Positions 26,644-36,012 of a stretch of 64,000 bases of DNA are shown piece after piece. The position numbers were made by a program, and so were the translations under genes. The stretch's first letter is position 1; every line of letters begins with the position of its first letter. The notes under the pieces are model-generated. The model worked only from the letters and a program-made list of their open reading frames with translations, ran no database searches and had not been told where the DNA came from. Source of the stretch: Fimbriimonadia bacterium (GTDB lineage Bacteria; Armatimonadota; Fimbriimonadia; Fimbriimonadales; JABRVX01); assembly GCA_041483895.1 (NCBI GenBank), contig JBGPGO010000013.1:1-64000 (forward strand). The letters run 5' to 3'.

Positions 26644-26997
26644 ATGAAGTTATCAAGAAAGACACTCGCCCTTTGCATAGGTATTACCTGTTTTGGAGCA
26701 GCAGGGTTGGTAGCATTCTGTTTCATTCCAGCGACATTCGTCGTGATTGAGGGCGACCAATTCCGATACGCGACGTTCGGAGAGAGCAGGGTAGTTGGGT
26801 ACGGGTACTCGCGTCTAAGTCAGATTACCCTGGGTGATGGCCCTCAATTTTCAGAACGCTCGTATCGGGGCAGATGCTTTGTTGACGTGGAAACGGGCGA
26901 TCACATAGTGAGAGAATGGGGGTGGTTTCTAGATGTGAGAACCTATTACGACCGGGATGCCGAGCGTAGATTTAGGAAAGTGTTCCACTTACAATGA
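26644..26997 (+). CDS. Small hypothetical membrane-anchored protein
   Basis: ATG start, hydrophobic N-terminus, 117 aa, AT-richer than neighbours. Confidence 0.55.
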   Translation: MKLSRKTLALCIGITCFGAAGLVAFCFIPATFVVIEGDQFRYATFGESRVVGYGYSRLSQITLGDGPQFSERSYRGRCFVDVETGDHIVREWGWFLDVRTYYDRDAERRFRKVFHLQ

Positions 26998-27036
26998 TTC
27001 TGCGACAATTTACCGGGTGCATTGGGGTGTTCAATG

Positions 27037-27305
27037 CCTCAACAGGTCCTCCTGTTGAGGGCGCCTGGCAGCCACCGCGGCCAGCGACAGAAATCCGCCG
27101 GTAGCGGCGGACAGGCCACGCATGCAGGCCCCAGAACCCGGACGGCGGACATCGAACCGGCGATGCACCCGGGTGAATGAGCCTCGACCCGGCCAAGTGA
27201 GAACTTCAAATCATTTGCAGCCGTTTTGCGGATGTGAGCCTCCCGAGGACCCTCAACAGGAGGACCAGTTGAGGGATGGGACAATGTGATTGTTGAGGGA
27301 TGGGA
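27037..27305. repeat. Inverted pair of CCTCAACAGG-N4-CCTGTTGAGG palindromes (right doublet) plus a partial copy
   Basis: Copies at 27037-27060 and 27251-27274; gttgagggatggga repeated near 27292-27305. Confidence 0.75.
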
Positions 27306-27428
27306 TTCAGCGAAAAACCAACTTCTCTAGACCCAAATCAGCAAATATCCCCTGTAAATGTGAGAAAAACTGCTGTACAATGGAAACGTACGGGCTTCCG
27401 GTCCGTCTAAGGTTGCAGGAGAAAGGTC

Positions 27429-28049
27429 ATGCGCAAACGTTCTCGGATGGGTCGTTCCTATCTGTTTGCCGTTTTGAGCGGCATCATCGTAGCTGCCTCG
27501 TATTTTGTGCAGGATATACGCGCGAAGGAGCCTGGCGCAATGCTCGCCAGCGCCGCTTTGCGCTGTGCCCCACGCCAATGGGCCGCCGACTATGCCCCTG
27601 CCCTGCTGCCCACCTTCAACACCGATGAAGATGCCCGCGCCGTCCGCGACATCCTGAAGCGAGCGGAACCGAAACCAGCCCCGGCGACGCCCAAGGCGCC
27701 CGTCGTCGTCGCCACAGCCGTACCAGAGAAGCCGAGCGCCCATCGGTACACCCTTAGCCAGTTGCAGGCCATGACGGACAACATGGCGGCGATGGCTCGA
27801 AAATTCGACCAAAAGCAGGAGAGCCCGCGGCAGGTCGCATTGGCCCCGACGGTCCTTGCCAACTACGAAGTGGTCGAGCATAACACCCCGGTCCTCGTGT
27901 TCCTCATCAAGGACTCTCACGGCGTGAAAATGGAGCGCTACGAGATTGTCGTCCAGGGCCCGAACATTGACGCGCAGTTCTGCCAGGCCACCGAGCGCGT
28001 CCGGTTGCTGCTGAAGAAGACCACGCTGCGAATAGAAACAACCCAGTAA
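27429..28049 (+). CDS. Hypothetical protein with N-terminal membrane anchor
   Basis: GGAG upstream; basic N-terminus, hydrophobic helix, Pro/Ala linker. Confidence 0.65.
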   Translation: MRKRSRMGRSYLFAVLSGIIVAASYFVQDIRAKEPGAMLASAALRCAPRQWAADYAPALLPTFNTDEDARAVRDILKRAEPKPAPATPKAPVVVATAVPEKPSAHRYTLSQLQAMTDNMAAMARKFDQKQESPRQVALAPTVLANYEVVEHNTPVLVFLIKDSHGVKMERYEIVVQGPNIDAQFCQATERVRLLLKKTTLRIETTQ

Positions 28050-28075
28050 GCCGCGAAGTTGTATAATCGTAGGCC

Positions 28076-28561
28076 ATGAGCACGGGATCCCACACCAGTT
28101 TCGAACGCCGGCGCGGCGTCAATGCCGTTCGCGTCCGTGATGGATTGGCCCATCTGCAGGTCGTGGGCTTGCCGCGCGAATCCCTCATGCCCTCCCGGCT
28201 TGCCGCACTGGACCGCCTCAAGCAGGCCGGCATCAAGATCGATTTTCTGAAACTCACCTCGGACGGGTTCACATTTGTCGTGGATGAGAAGATGGCTTCC
28301 GATGCGGCCGCCGCGCTTGTCGGCACGGAGGTCATGGCTACGACCGGGCGCGCCATGCTATCCGTCCATTGCGCCAATATCCGGGACGAGGCGGGCATCG
28401 TGGGGAAAATCGCCGAAAGCGTGATGGCTTCCGGCGCGCGAATCGAGCAGGTGGGCGATTCCCACGACTGCATCCTTCTTGTGGTGGAAAGCGACAGGGC
28501 CAACGATGCCGCCGCCCGCTTGCGCGCCGACTTCGGTTTGGACGGCGACGATGCGCATTAA
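28076..28561 (+). CDS. Stand-alone tandem ACT-domain protein (aspartokinase regulatory-subunit-like)
   Basis: LKQAGIKIDF and LSVHCANIRDEAGIVGKIAESV..GARIEQVGDSH ACT-like motifs; overlaps the start of the aspartokinase gene. Confidence 0.75.
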   Translation: MSTGSHTSFERRRGVNAVRVRDGLAHLQVVGLPRESLMPSRLAALDRLKQAGIKIDFLKLTSDGFTFVVDEKMASDAAAALVGTEVMATTGRAMLSVHCANIRDEAGIVGKIAESVMASGARIEQVGDSHDCILLVVESDRANDAAARLRADFGLDGDDAH

Positions 28562-29909
28562 GGTTCTGAAATTCGGCGGCACCAGCGTGGAACTGCTTGC
28601 GCAACGACGCCAGGCGGCGCTCAAGGTGATTCAGGCCAAGGAGCAGGGATTCGCCCCGGTAGTGGTGGTCAGTGCAGCGGGACGGGCCGGATCGCCCTAT
28701 GCCACCGATACCCTTGTTGCGGGTCTCGTCGAAGTCGATTCCAGTCTGGCGCCCAACCCGCGAGAGCTTGACATGATGATGTGCTGCGGGGAGATCATGT
28801 CGGCCGTTCTGTTCGCGCATCTGCTCACTGTGCTCGGACATCCCGCCACGGCGTTCACCGGCGGGCAAGCGGGCATCGTCACCGACGACGTCTTCGGCAA
28901 CGCGCGCATCGTGGAGGTCAATCCGGCGGACATTCTCCACGTTCTGCAAGAGGGAAAAGTTTGTGTTGTCTGCGGGTTTCAGGGCGTTTCCAACCCGCCA
29001 CCCGGCGCGGTGCATGGCCCCATCACAACCCTTGGGCGCGGGGGAAGCGACACAACCGCCTCCGCTTTGGGGGCCGCCCTGAAAGCCGAAGCCGTCGAGA
29101 TTTACACCGATGTGGATGGGGTGATGAGCGCCGATCCCAAGGCGGTTCCCGACGCGCCGACCCTGCGCCAAATCACCTACGAAGAGGTTGCCGAGCTCGC
29201 GCACCTGGGCGCAAAAGTGCTCCATCCGCGCGCCGCCGAAATCGCCATGCAGCACAACATTCCGCTGTGGGTGAAGTCCACGTTTACCAACGACCCCGGC
29301 ACGCAGGTGGTCTCCGGCTCCGAGGCAACGGTCCGAAGGGTTACGGGCCTCACGACCACCGGCCAGGTCGTTTATCTGAATTTCGTTCTGCCCCCCAACG
29401 ACGAGGCCCGGCACATCGAGATGGAGATCTATCGCCTGTTGGGCGAGCAGGACATCGTGGTGATGATGCTCGGCGTCGGGCCGCGCGGGTTCGGGTTGGC
29501 GGTGCCTCGAACTGATTTCGGCAAAGTCCGAAGCGTTCTTGATGGCCTCGTGATGCCGTCCGAGCGTGGCCGGCGTTTCCACATCGTCCAGATCGGCTCG
29601 GTGCGGAGTGCGGCGACAGAGGCGCAATATGATCTGCTTTCCAAGAGCGCCGGCGATGCGGACATCCGGTTTGTTGTGGCCGAGACGACCGAGAACTGCA
29701 CCGTCGTCTCGATGATTGCGTACAACTACCTGGATCAGGCCGGGGTCTATTTAGAGGTCTTGCGGGCCTTGGACGACGCGGGCATTCCGGTATGGCAGAC
29801 CTCGGATAGCGCCCACTCCATTTCCTGTTTGATCCCGGAGACGGATGCCCGCCGCGCGATCGTCGCCCTCCACAGCCACTTCGAGTTGGATAAGTTGACG
29901 ATGGGATGA
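28551..29909 (+). CDS. lysC: Aspartate kinase
   Basis: KFGGTSV, VVVVSA, TTLGRGGSDTTA, IYTDVDG, GAKVLHPRA; C-terminal ACT domains. Confidence 0.93.
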   Translation: MRIKVLKFGGTSVELLAQRRQAALKVIQAKEQGFAPVVVVSAAGRAGSPYATDTLVAGLVEVDSSLAPNPRELDMMMCCGEIMSAVLFAHLLTVLGHPATAFTGGQAGIVTDDVFGNARIVEVNPADILHVLQEGKVCVVCGFQGVSNPPPGAVHGPITTLGRGGSDTTASALGAALKAEAVEIYTDVDGVMSADPKAVPDAPTLRQITYEEVAELAHLGAKVLHPRAAEIAMQHNIPLWVKSTFTNDPGTQVVSGSEATVRRVTGLTTTGQVVYLNFVLPPNDEARHIEMEIYRLLGEQDIVVMMLGVGPRGFGLAVPRTDFGKVRSVLDGLVMPSERGRRFHIVQIGSVRSAATEAQYDLLSKSAGDADIRFVVAETTENCTVVSMIAYNYLDQAGVYLEVLRALDDAGIPVWQTSDSAHSISCLIPETDARRAIVALHSHFELDKLTMG

Positions 29910-29911
29910 AC

Positions 29912-29968
29912 GGTAGCCGCACGCTTTAGCTTGCGAACAGATCCCTGCGCAAGCTAAAGCGTGCTACC
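29912..29968. repeat. GTAG-type REP doublet (GGTAGCCGCACGCTTTAGCTTGCG)
   Basis: Copy at 29912-29935 and inverted copy with a 3-nt deletion at 29948-29968, between convergent genes. Confidence 0.8.
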
Positions 29969-29980
29969 GGAGCGGCCCGA

Positions 29981-31975
29981 TTAGTTGTCGCCCGTCATCG
30001 CAAAGTTGATAAACACGATGTTTAGGTCGGGCAGATCGACGAAGCCGGTGCCGTCCAGATCTCCATCGGGATCCACCATCGTGAAATTGATGAACTCGTG
30101 ATTCAGATCATCCAACGCCACTTTGTTATCCATCGTGGAATCGCCGTTGACCTGATCGAAATTGAGAACGTTGCTGCCGGCGGCAATGTTCACATTGTTC
30201 TTCACGACCCGCAGCCAATGGGACATCTTGAGAGCGATGTTGTAGTGTCCAACATATACGGGATACACTGAATATTCGCTGAAACCGTCCAGCGTCACGG
30301 GGTAGCTGTGAACAACTGTCAACGTCCCCGGTTTGCGGAATTCCAACACGCCCTGCAGGCCCGACGTGCTGCCGAAATAGCTGTCCAGATTGACCTTTCC
30401 GCCAATCTTCGCGCCGGACCCAAGATCAAAGCTGAACACCTCGGTATCCCAATAGTTGCCGGCGGGGTTCGGGATCATCTGGAACCCCCAGAATGTCAGA
30501 TCATCGGCGGGATCGACCACGAGGCCATTGTAGTCGCCCCAGCGCACCGTGCCGCCGGGATTCTCGCCGGTATAGTGTAGTGTCCCGGCAAGAACCAATG
30601 AGGGCGCCGCCATCGTGCCCAACCCATCGGTGGAAAGCCGCCCGGACCGATAGATGGAAATGAATTCCGCCGCGCCCGATCCCACGAATGCCGCACCGAT
30701 ATGTCCCGAGCCGTTCATGTTGATGTTTCCAAAATATTGGTGCCGCGCGGCGGTCGTCATGGTCCCGCTTTGGACAAGACTGAAGGAAGAAGGCATCAAC
30801 GTCGCATCGAACTCATACCATCGAACGCCCGCAACGCCACCCGCATCAATTGGCTGGGAAACGGTGAGATGCTTGTCCCGCTCGTGGACATCGAAGACCC
30901 GCGTATCTATAGTCCAGATCATCGTTGTGCCCCCGGCCTGGTTTGCGTTCGGCGGATCGGTGTAGCCCGTCACTCCGATATCTTTGACCGTCAACGTGGG
31001 CGCTGCCGGGTTCGAAACGGAAACGACGTTTATCCGATCCGGATCACCGGGTGTCACAACATACGCAAGGCTGGTTACGCCGTACGATCGCGCCGGCTGC
31101 ATGCTGTAGAGAATGCCCCCGGATGGCTGCGGGATCGACCAGATATCGGTCCAACTAATTGTCGATGACCCAGACAGAAAATCGCTCTTTTTCATCACGC
31201 GGAGCTTCGCATATAACCAGCCGAAGCCCGACGTGTACTCATTTGCCGTGATCAACAGCGTGTCATCATTTCCGCCGATGCCCGGATAGTCGGTCCAGTT
31301 CGTTGTTAGCGTGGACCCGTCCATGCTGGAATCGAGGGCCCACATTGTCCAAGCGCCATTCGGATCCGAATCGTCCGAAAGCGCAACGAGGTAATAGCTG
31401 TGATCGAATGCGCCGGTCAGAATCGCCGGATACAGGACCCAGAATCGATTGTATGTGCGATCGTAATACGTGCGCGGATCGAAAATGAGATAGAACCCTC
31501 CGAGGGAGCTGAAAAACGCACCCGGCGACGCGTCGAAGGTATTCACGCCGGCCTTCGTGTAGAACTGAATCCTGCCATTGATCGTGCAGATAACATGATT
31601 TGGTCCAACCGAGAGATTCGGATCAGCCGGCGTCAACCCGTTGACGCTGGGACCTGGAAAAGCTGTGTCAAGTTGGCCGGCATGTCCAGACAGACCCCGT
31701 GCCGCATCGATGCGGCCAAGGAACTGCATTCCCGATCGCCCCGCAAACGGCGGACGTGGTCGTCCTTGCGGAACAACGATTGGCGGTCCGACGGATGGAA
31801 ACAGTGCGCTGCGTGCCATGATGGCGTCGGTCGTATCCACCGCCATTGGCACGCGGCCGGAGAAAACGCCTCGCTCGCCAGCGTCCGAAGGAACCGAAAA
31901 TCCGGCCGCAATAAGACCGCAAGTGGAAATGGCAACCGTCACAAATTTTATCGTTCTATTCATTCTCTTCACCAT
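29981..31975 (-). CDS. Secreted beta-rich protein with C-terminal Ig + dockerin-like module
   Basis: Signal peptide; PADPNLSVGPNHV and RWGDY motifs; tail KMSHWLR...NGD...GDLDGTGFVDLPDL...FINF..GD. Confidence 0.8.
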   Translation of the reverse strand: MVKRMNRTIKFVTVAISTCGLIAAGFSVPSDAGERGVFSGRVPMAVDTTDAIMARSALFPSVGPPIVVPQGRPRPPFAGRSGMQFLGRIDAARGLSGHAGQLDTAFPGPSVNGLTPADPNLSVGPNHVICTINGRIQFYTKAGVNTFDASPGAFFSSLGGFYLIFDPRTYYDRTYNRFWVLYPAILTGAFDHSYYLVALSDDSDPNGAWTMWALDSSMDGSTLTTNWTDYPGIGGNDDTLLITANEYTSGFGWLYAKLRVMKKSDFLSGSSTISWTDIWSIPQPSGGILYSMQPARSYGVTSLAYVVTPGDPDRINVVSVSNPAAPTLTVKDIGVTGYTDPPNANQAGGTTMIWTIDTRVFDVHERDKHLTVSQPIDAGGVAGVRWYEFDATLMPSSFSLVQSGTMTTAARHQYFGNINMNGSGHIGAAFVGSGAAEFISIYRSGRLSTDGLGTMAAPSLVLAGTLHYTGENPGGTVRWGDYNGLVVDPADDLTFWGFQMIPNPAGNYWDTEVFSFDLGSGAKIGGKVNLDSYFGSTSGLQGVLEFRKPGTLTVVHSYPVTLDGFSEYSVYPVYVGHYNIALKMSHWLRVVKNNVNIAAGSNVLNFDQVNGDSTMDNKVALDDLNHEFINFTMVDPDGDLDGTGFVDLPDLNIVFINFAMTGDN

Positions 31976-32017
31976 ATTTGATGGGCATTGCCGTCCAGAT
32001 TGAGCTCAACAATACAG

Positions 32018-33655
32018 CTACGAAGCGCCAACCATCGAAAAGCCTATGAGAACCATGTTTAGCTCCGGCAGGCCGGTCACATTGTCACCATCCATATCCC
32101 CGTCGGGCGTTGTGAAGTCTGTAAACACCTTGTTGAGATCATCGATGTCGATTTGATTGTTGATCGAGATATCGCCGTTCGTGTTCATTGACCAATCCTG
32201 GGAATCGGTAGAACCCGTGTGATTGAAATTATCCACCTTTTCCGCAAGCCAATGAGAGCATTTCGCCACCAATTTGTACGTTCCTGGAGCACTAGTGAGG
32301 GAGACATAGTATTCTCCGAGCGCGCCGATCGTCGTATCGACAGATTCAACGACGGTCATGCCGTTCTTCAGTTCAATCGTCATCGGCGTCCCCGTTGGCG
32401 GAGCGAAGAACAGATCGAGAGTGACTTTGCCGGAGAGTGTGGCGGGCTGAGTGACCGGGCGAATTCGGTAGATAGCCCCATTCCCAAGCGAACATACGTA
32501 CAGATTGCCGTCCGGGCCTATCTGGACCCCGGTTACGACTCCAAATCCCGATCCCCATTTGTTCAAATCACGTTCCGCGGCTGAATCTGCCACCAAATCC
32601 GCAACCCCGCCGGATAGCACAAAACCATCCCGATTTGCATTCACATGGAACAGGTAGAGAAAGCCAAGGTTGTTGTCGCCAAGGACCAGATCGTCGCGGA
32701 TGTCGGATGGGAACTGGGCGGAGTGAAGAAAGGCCAGGCCGGTCGGAGCGATCGTCGCCACCCAACTGAATTCCGGATCGCTATAGAAAGCGTTGGGGAT
32801 CATGTATAGCCCCGACAGAGGCGAGCCGTCGCGCGCCTGGGGACCCATAATGTCCTCCCACCCACTGTTGAGACCGGGATCGACTCGATTCACCTCATCA
32901 TAATTGTTTTCTCCGTTTTCCGTATCCCAGAGCGCCCCGGTCTTCGAATCGAATGTCATGCCGAAGCTGTTGCGAACCCCGTAAGCATAAAGGCGCTTGA
33001 ATTCTGGACGCGAGTCGCCCTCGAAAGGATTGCCCCCGGGAACCGTGCCATCTTTATTGAGGCGGAAAATTCCCCCCACTCCCGATACGCTTGCCGATTC
33101 GAAATTCTGCTCCAGACCGTTCCGGTTCAGATCGCCGGTCACCCCGTAAAGCTTGCCATCGGGACCGGTAAGCAGAATGCCGCCATCGTGATTGGGGCCG
33201 TTCCCCATCCCGGACGGCAGGAACTTGATCAGCGTGGTGGGCGCAGTAAGGGTTGTCCCGTTCCAAATGAAGCTTTCGACGCGGTTATCCTGCCACGTAC
33301 CGGTGGTGGCGGTATCAGCGGCTGTCGTGGATTTGCTGTAGTAGAGAAAGACTTTGTTGATGGTTGGGAAGTCAAGGTCCAGTGCGATTCCAAGCAGTCC
33401 CCGCTCGCTATTGGAATTGACAGCCAGGTCGAGAGCCATCGTGCCAAATGCGCCATTGGTAACACGGCGGACTATGCCGGTGGCCTTTTCCAGCACCAAC
33501 ATGTCGTTTGGGCCGATGAAAACGAAGGATGTTGGCTGAGACAGACCGCTTCTAACCGTATCAACCGTCAATCGTGCATCGAGCACCGATTGCGTGAATG
33601 CTGAGGTCACGAGGCCAAGGCAGGCAACTGGGCAGACGTTGCGAATGAACCCCAT
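32018..33655 (-). CDS. PQQ-dependent glucose/sorbosone-type dehydrogenase with C-terminal Ig + dockerin-like module
   Basis: ERGLLGIAL, NHDGG, GPDGKLY, YAYGVRNSFG, DEVN...GLNSGW; same tail module. Confidence 0.85.
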   Translation of the reverse strand: MGFIRNVCPVACLGLVTSAFTQSVLDARLTVDTVRSGLSQPTSFVFIGPNDMLVLEKATGIVRRVTNGAFGTMALDLAVNSNSERGLLGIALDLDFPTINKVFLYYSKSTTAADTATTGTWQDNRVESFIWNGTTLTAPTTLIKFLPSGMGNGPNHDGGILLTGPDGKLYGVTGDLNRNGLEQNFESASVSGVGGIFRLNKDGTVPGGNPFEGDSRPEFKRLYAYGVRNSFGMTFDSKTGALWDTENGENNYDEVNRVDPGLNSGWEDIMGPQARDGSPLSGLYMIPNAFYSDPEFSWVATIAPTGLAFLHSAQFPSDIRDDLVLGDNNLGFLYLFHVNANRDGFVLSGGVADLVADSAAERDLNKWGSGFGVVTGVQIGPDGNLYVCSLGNGAIYRIRPVTQPATLSGKVTLDLFFAPPTGTPMTIELKNGMTVVESVDTTIGALGEYYVSLTSAPGTYKLVAKCSHWLAEKVDNFNHTGSTDSQDWSMNTNGDISINNQIDIDDLNKVFTDFTTPDGDMDGDNVTGLPELNMVLIGFSMVGAS

Positions 33656-33839
33656 TTATTATCTGCACTCCTTTGTCAGAATCGCGCGAAAGAACAGTAC
33701 CTTCTAATACTATAACATGAAATCACGGCCAACGGAACGGCATTGCAAGTGATCCTACCAACCATTTGAGACCTGGAAAGAGTTCCCGATATTGGTTCGA
33801 AGATTCCGCAATCGTGGCAAGGTATATTTTCCCATCAGA

Positions 33840-34805
33840 GTGTTTGACATCGAACGATTCCGTTCACGGCTGCGATATCCGGATAGATTGCGGTCAAATG
33901 TGCCGCTGCGGATGCACACGACGCTGCGGGTCGGCGGGACCGCCGACGCCTACTACCGGGCGGCCGACTCCGACGAGCTAGCCGAAGTCGCAGGGCTGGC
34001 ACAGCGGGAGAGTGTTCCCTACGAGGTTCTCGGACTGGGCAGCAACGTGCTGCTGTCCGACCGGGGCGTCCGGGGGCTGGTGCTCCATTTCACCTGTTCC
34101 GCGATGAGTATCGGGCCTACAACGGTTGTGGATTGTGGCGCGTCGTTTCAGGACCTGTTCCTGGCGACCGCGCAGGCGGGGCTGTCTGGGCTAGAGTTCG
34201 CGGTCGGCATTCCGGGTACCGTGGGCGGCGCGTTGGTGTCCAATGCCGGCGCATATCGGGCCAATATCGAGGACTTGATCGAGTCGATTGAGGTGGTGGA
34301 AGGCGGCGAGCGCAAGACGGTGGAGCCGCAATGGATGGAGTTCAGCTACCGGGACAGTTGTCTTCGAAAAGGGACGAAGTCCGGGCTGCTGCTGCAAGTC
34401 ACCCTGCGTTTGACACAGGACAATCCGAAGGCGATCTACGACCGGGCGCGGGATTTTCAGCTCCAACGCCGCCTGAAGCAGCCGCCTGGTCCCTCGGCGG
34501 GATCCTTCTTCAAAAATGTTTACGACGATCCGTTGCTGGAGCGCCTGCCCGACTTGCCGGCGCATCTGCTGGAGGCGCGGGTCGTTCCCGCCGGCTATCT
34601 GATCGCGGCCGCGGGGTTGAAAGGGACGCGGGTCGGCGGCGCGGCGATTGCCCATCGTCACGCCAACTTCCTGATGAACCTGCACGGTGCTACGGCCGCC
34701 GACATCCGCTCGCTTGCGGACCTGGTAAAGAAGCGAGTCGCCGCGGAGTTTGGGGTCCTGCTTGAGGAGGAGGTTCTCTACTTCGGCGACTGGACAACCC
34801 GGTAG
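33840..34805 (+). CDS. murB: UDP-N-acetylmuramate dehydrogenase
   Basis: HTTLRVGG, GSNVL, GLEFAVGIPGTVGGA..NAGAY, SAGSFFKN, HANF. Start GTG 33840 inferred. Confidence 0.95.
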   Translation: MFDIERFRSRLRYPDRLRSNVPLRMHTTLRVGGTADAYYRAADSDELAEVAGLAQRESVPYEVLGLGSNVLLSDRGVRGLVLHFTCSAMSIGPTTVVDCGASFQDLFLATAQAGLSGLEFAVGIPGTVGGALVSNAGAYRANIEDLIESIEVVEGGERKTVEPQWMEFSYRDSCLRKGTKSGLLLQVTLRLTQDNPKAIYDRARDFQLQRRLKQPPGPSAGSFFKNVYDDPLLERLPDLPAHLLEARVVPAGYLIAAAGLKGTRVGGAAIAHRHANFLMNLHGATAADIRSLADLVKKRVAAEFGVLLEEEVLYFGDWTTR

Positions 34806-34824
34806 CCGCACGCTTTAGCTTGCG
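34801..34824 (+). repeat. GTAG-type REP copy overlapping the murB stop codon
   Basis: Identical to 29912-29935; its TAG (34803-34805) ends murB. Confidence 0.85.
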
Positions 34825-34900
34825 CCTTTTGACGATGCGATCATCAATGAAAACTTCCACTTGGTTCTTTCATTGCCGATCGCATCGTCAAGCCCTTTCT

Positions 34901-35821
34901 CTAGTCGCCGTCGCCGATGACAATGATTGTGTTGGTCGCCGGATCGATGATGGCGTGCTCGAAGCCCGGAATGCCGTTGTAGCCGCCCGACTGCGTGCCG
35001 CCACCGGCAGCACCGCCGCCCCCGCCGTAACCGCCACGGCCGCCGCCCTGCATTCCACCTTGCCGACCGCCGGGACCCTGATTGCCGGGGAATCCACCAC
35101 CTTGAAAACCACCGCCCTGATTGCCAAATCCGCCGCCTTGGAATCCGCCGCCCTGATTGCCAAATCCGCCGCCTTGAAAACCACCGCCCTGGTTACCAAA
35201 CCCGCCGCCTTGAAAACCACCGCCCTGGTTACCAAACCCGCCGCCTTGAAAACCACCGCCCTGGTTACCAAACCCGCCGCCGGGATAACCGCCCTGCGAG
35301 CCGCCGAAGCCGCCCTGATTGCCAAACCCGCCCTGACCGCCACCAAACCGCCCAGTGCTCCACTCAGGGGACATAACCTGCTGGCCCTGCAGAAGCATCA
35401 AAACGACCCACGGATCGGCATGATAGATGGGAAATCGAGCCACCTTCGTCTTAGAAGGGGTCACTTCCGGTTCCGTGGGGTTGCCGTTGTCCGGCGTCGC
35501 GAAAACCGGCTCTTGCCGCAGGGACACCACGTACACGCCGCCTTCCACACGATAGGTTGCCTTGACTTGGTTGAGCAACACGCGCAACGCGGTCTCCAGC
35601 GGAACGTCCTTGAGGCTCACGGTCACCGAACCCTGAACGTCTGCATCGACCGAGTAGTTCAACCCGGCCTGGTTGAACAGCATGCGGAGCGCGTCTCGGA
35701 TATCGGCCTGGGTCGCGCTCACGGTCACGTTCTGCTTGCCGGGGTCGGGCGTCCCCTGTGCCATCGCCCCCATTGTTACCAGCCCCAACAGAATTCCTAC
35801 CAGAAGGTCTCGCAGTCTCAT
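34901..35821 (-). CDS. Secretin/TonB N-terminal (STN) domain protein with Gly/Phe/Gln low-complexity insert
   Basis: Signal peptide; ADIRDALRMLF...VQGSVTVSLKDVPLETALRVLL (STN); IYHADP...IIDPATNTIIV (secretin N-domain halves); no secretin core. Confidence 0.8.
   Translation of the reverse strand: MRLRDLLVGILLGLVTMGAMAQGTPDPGKQNVTVSATQADIRDALRMLFNQAGLNYSVDADVQGSVTVSLKDVPLETALRVLLNQVKATYRVEGGVYVVSLRQEPVFATPDNGNPTEPEVTPSKTKVARFPIYHADPWVVLMLLQGQQVMSPEWSTGRFGGGQGGFGNQGGFGGSQGGYPGGGFGNQGGGFQGGGFGNQGGGFQGGGFGNQGGGFQGGGFGNQGGGFQGGGFGNQGGGFQGGGFPGNQGPGGRQGGMQGGGRGGYGGGGGAAGGGTQSGGYNGIPGFEHAIIDPATNTIIVIGDGD
35100..35280 (-). repeat. Five 36-bp tandem coding repeats (GGFGNQGGGFQG)
   Basis: 36-nt periodicity visible in the DNA with synonymous variation. 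Confidence 0.9.
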
Positions 35822-35881
35822 CCCTTCACCTCCGATTGTCTCAGTGTGTAAGACGTATATTATCCAAATCAGTTTCATCGA

Positions 35882-36012
35882 CGGTAGACGCGGGCCGTCT
35901 TGCCGCAACCCCACACCTACGAACAACCAAGGCCCGCGGCGTGGTCGGCATACAACGCGGGCCATCGCGGTTCACAATCGAGAGCATTCGCCAAGACGGC
36001 CCGCGTCTACCG
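35882..36012. repeat. GTAG-type REPIN-like element with 21-bp perfect terminal inverted repeats
   Basis: cggtagacgcgggccgtcttg (35882-35902) and caagacggcccgcgtctaccg (35992-36012); inner ggcccgcg/cgcgggcc arms; overlaps the flhF stop. Confidence 0.85.

Noticed and set aside
26296..27305. Possible CRISPR array (palindromic ~25-bp repeats)
   Set aside because: Units alternate in orientation, spacing is long and irregular (about 160-530 bp), and no cas genes are present.
34820..35851. 343-aa plus-strand ORF with AALKTTALVTKP repeats
   Set aside because: Antisense shadow of the Gly-rich repeat in the STN gene.
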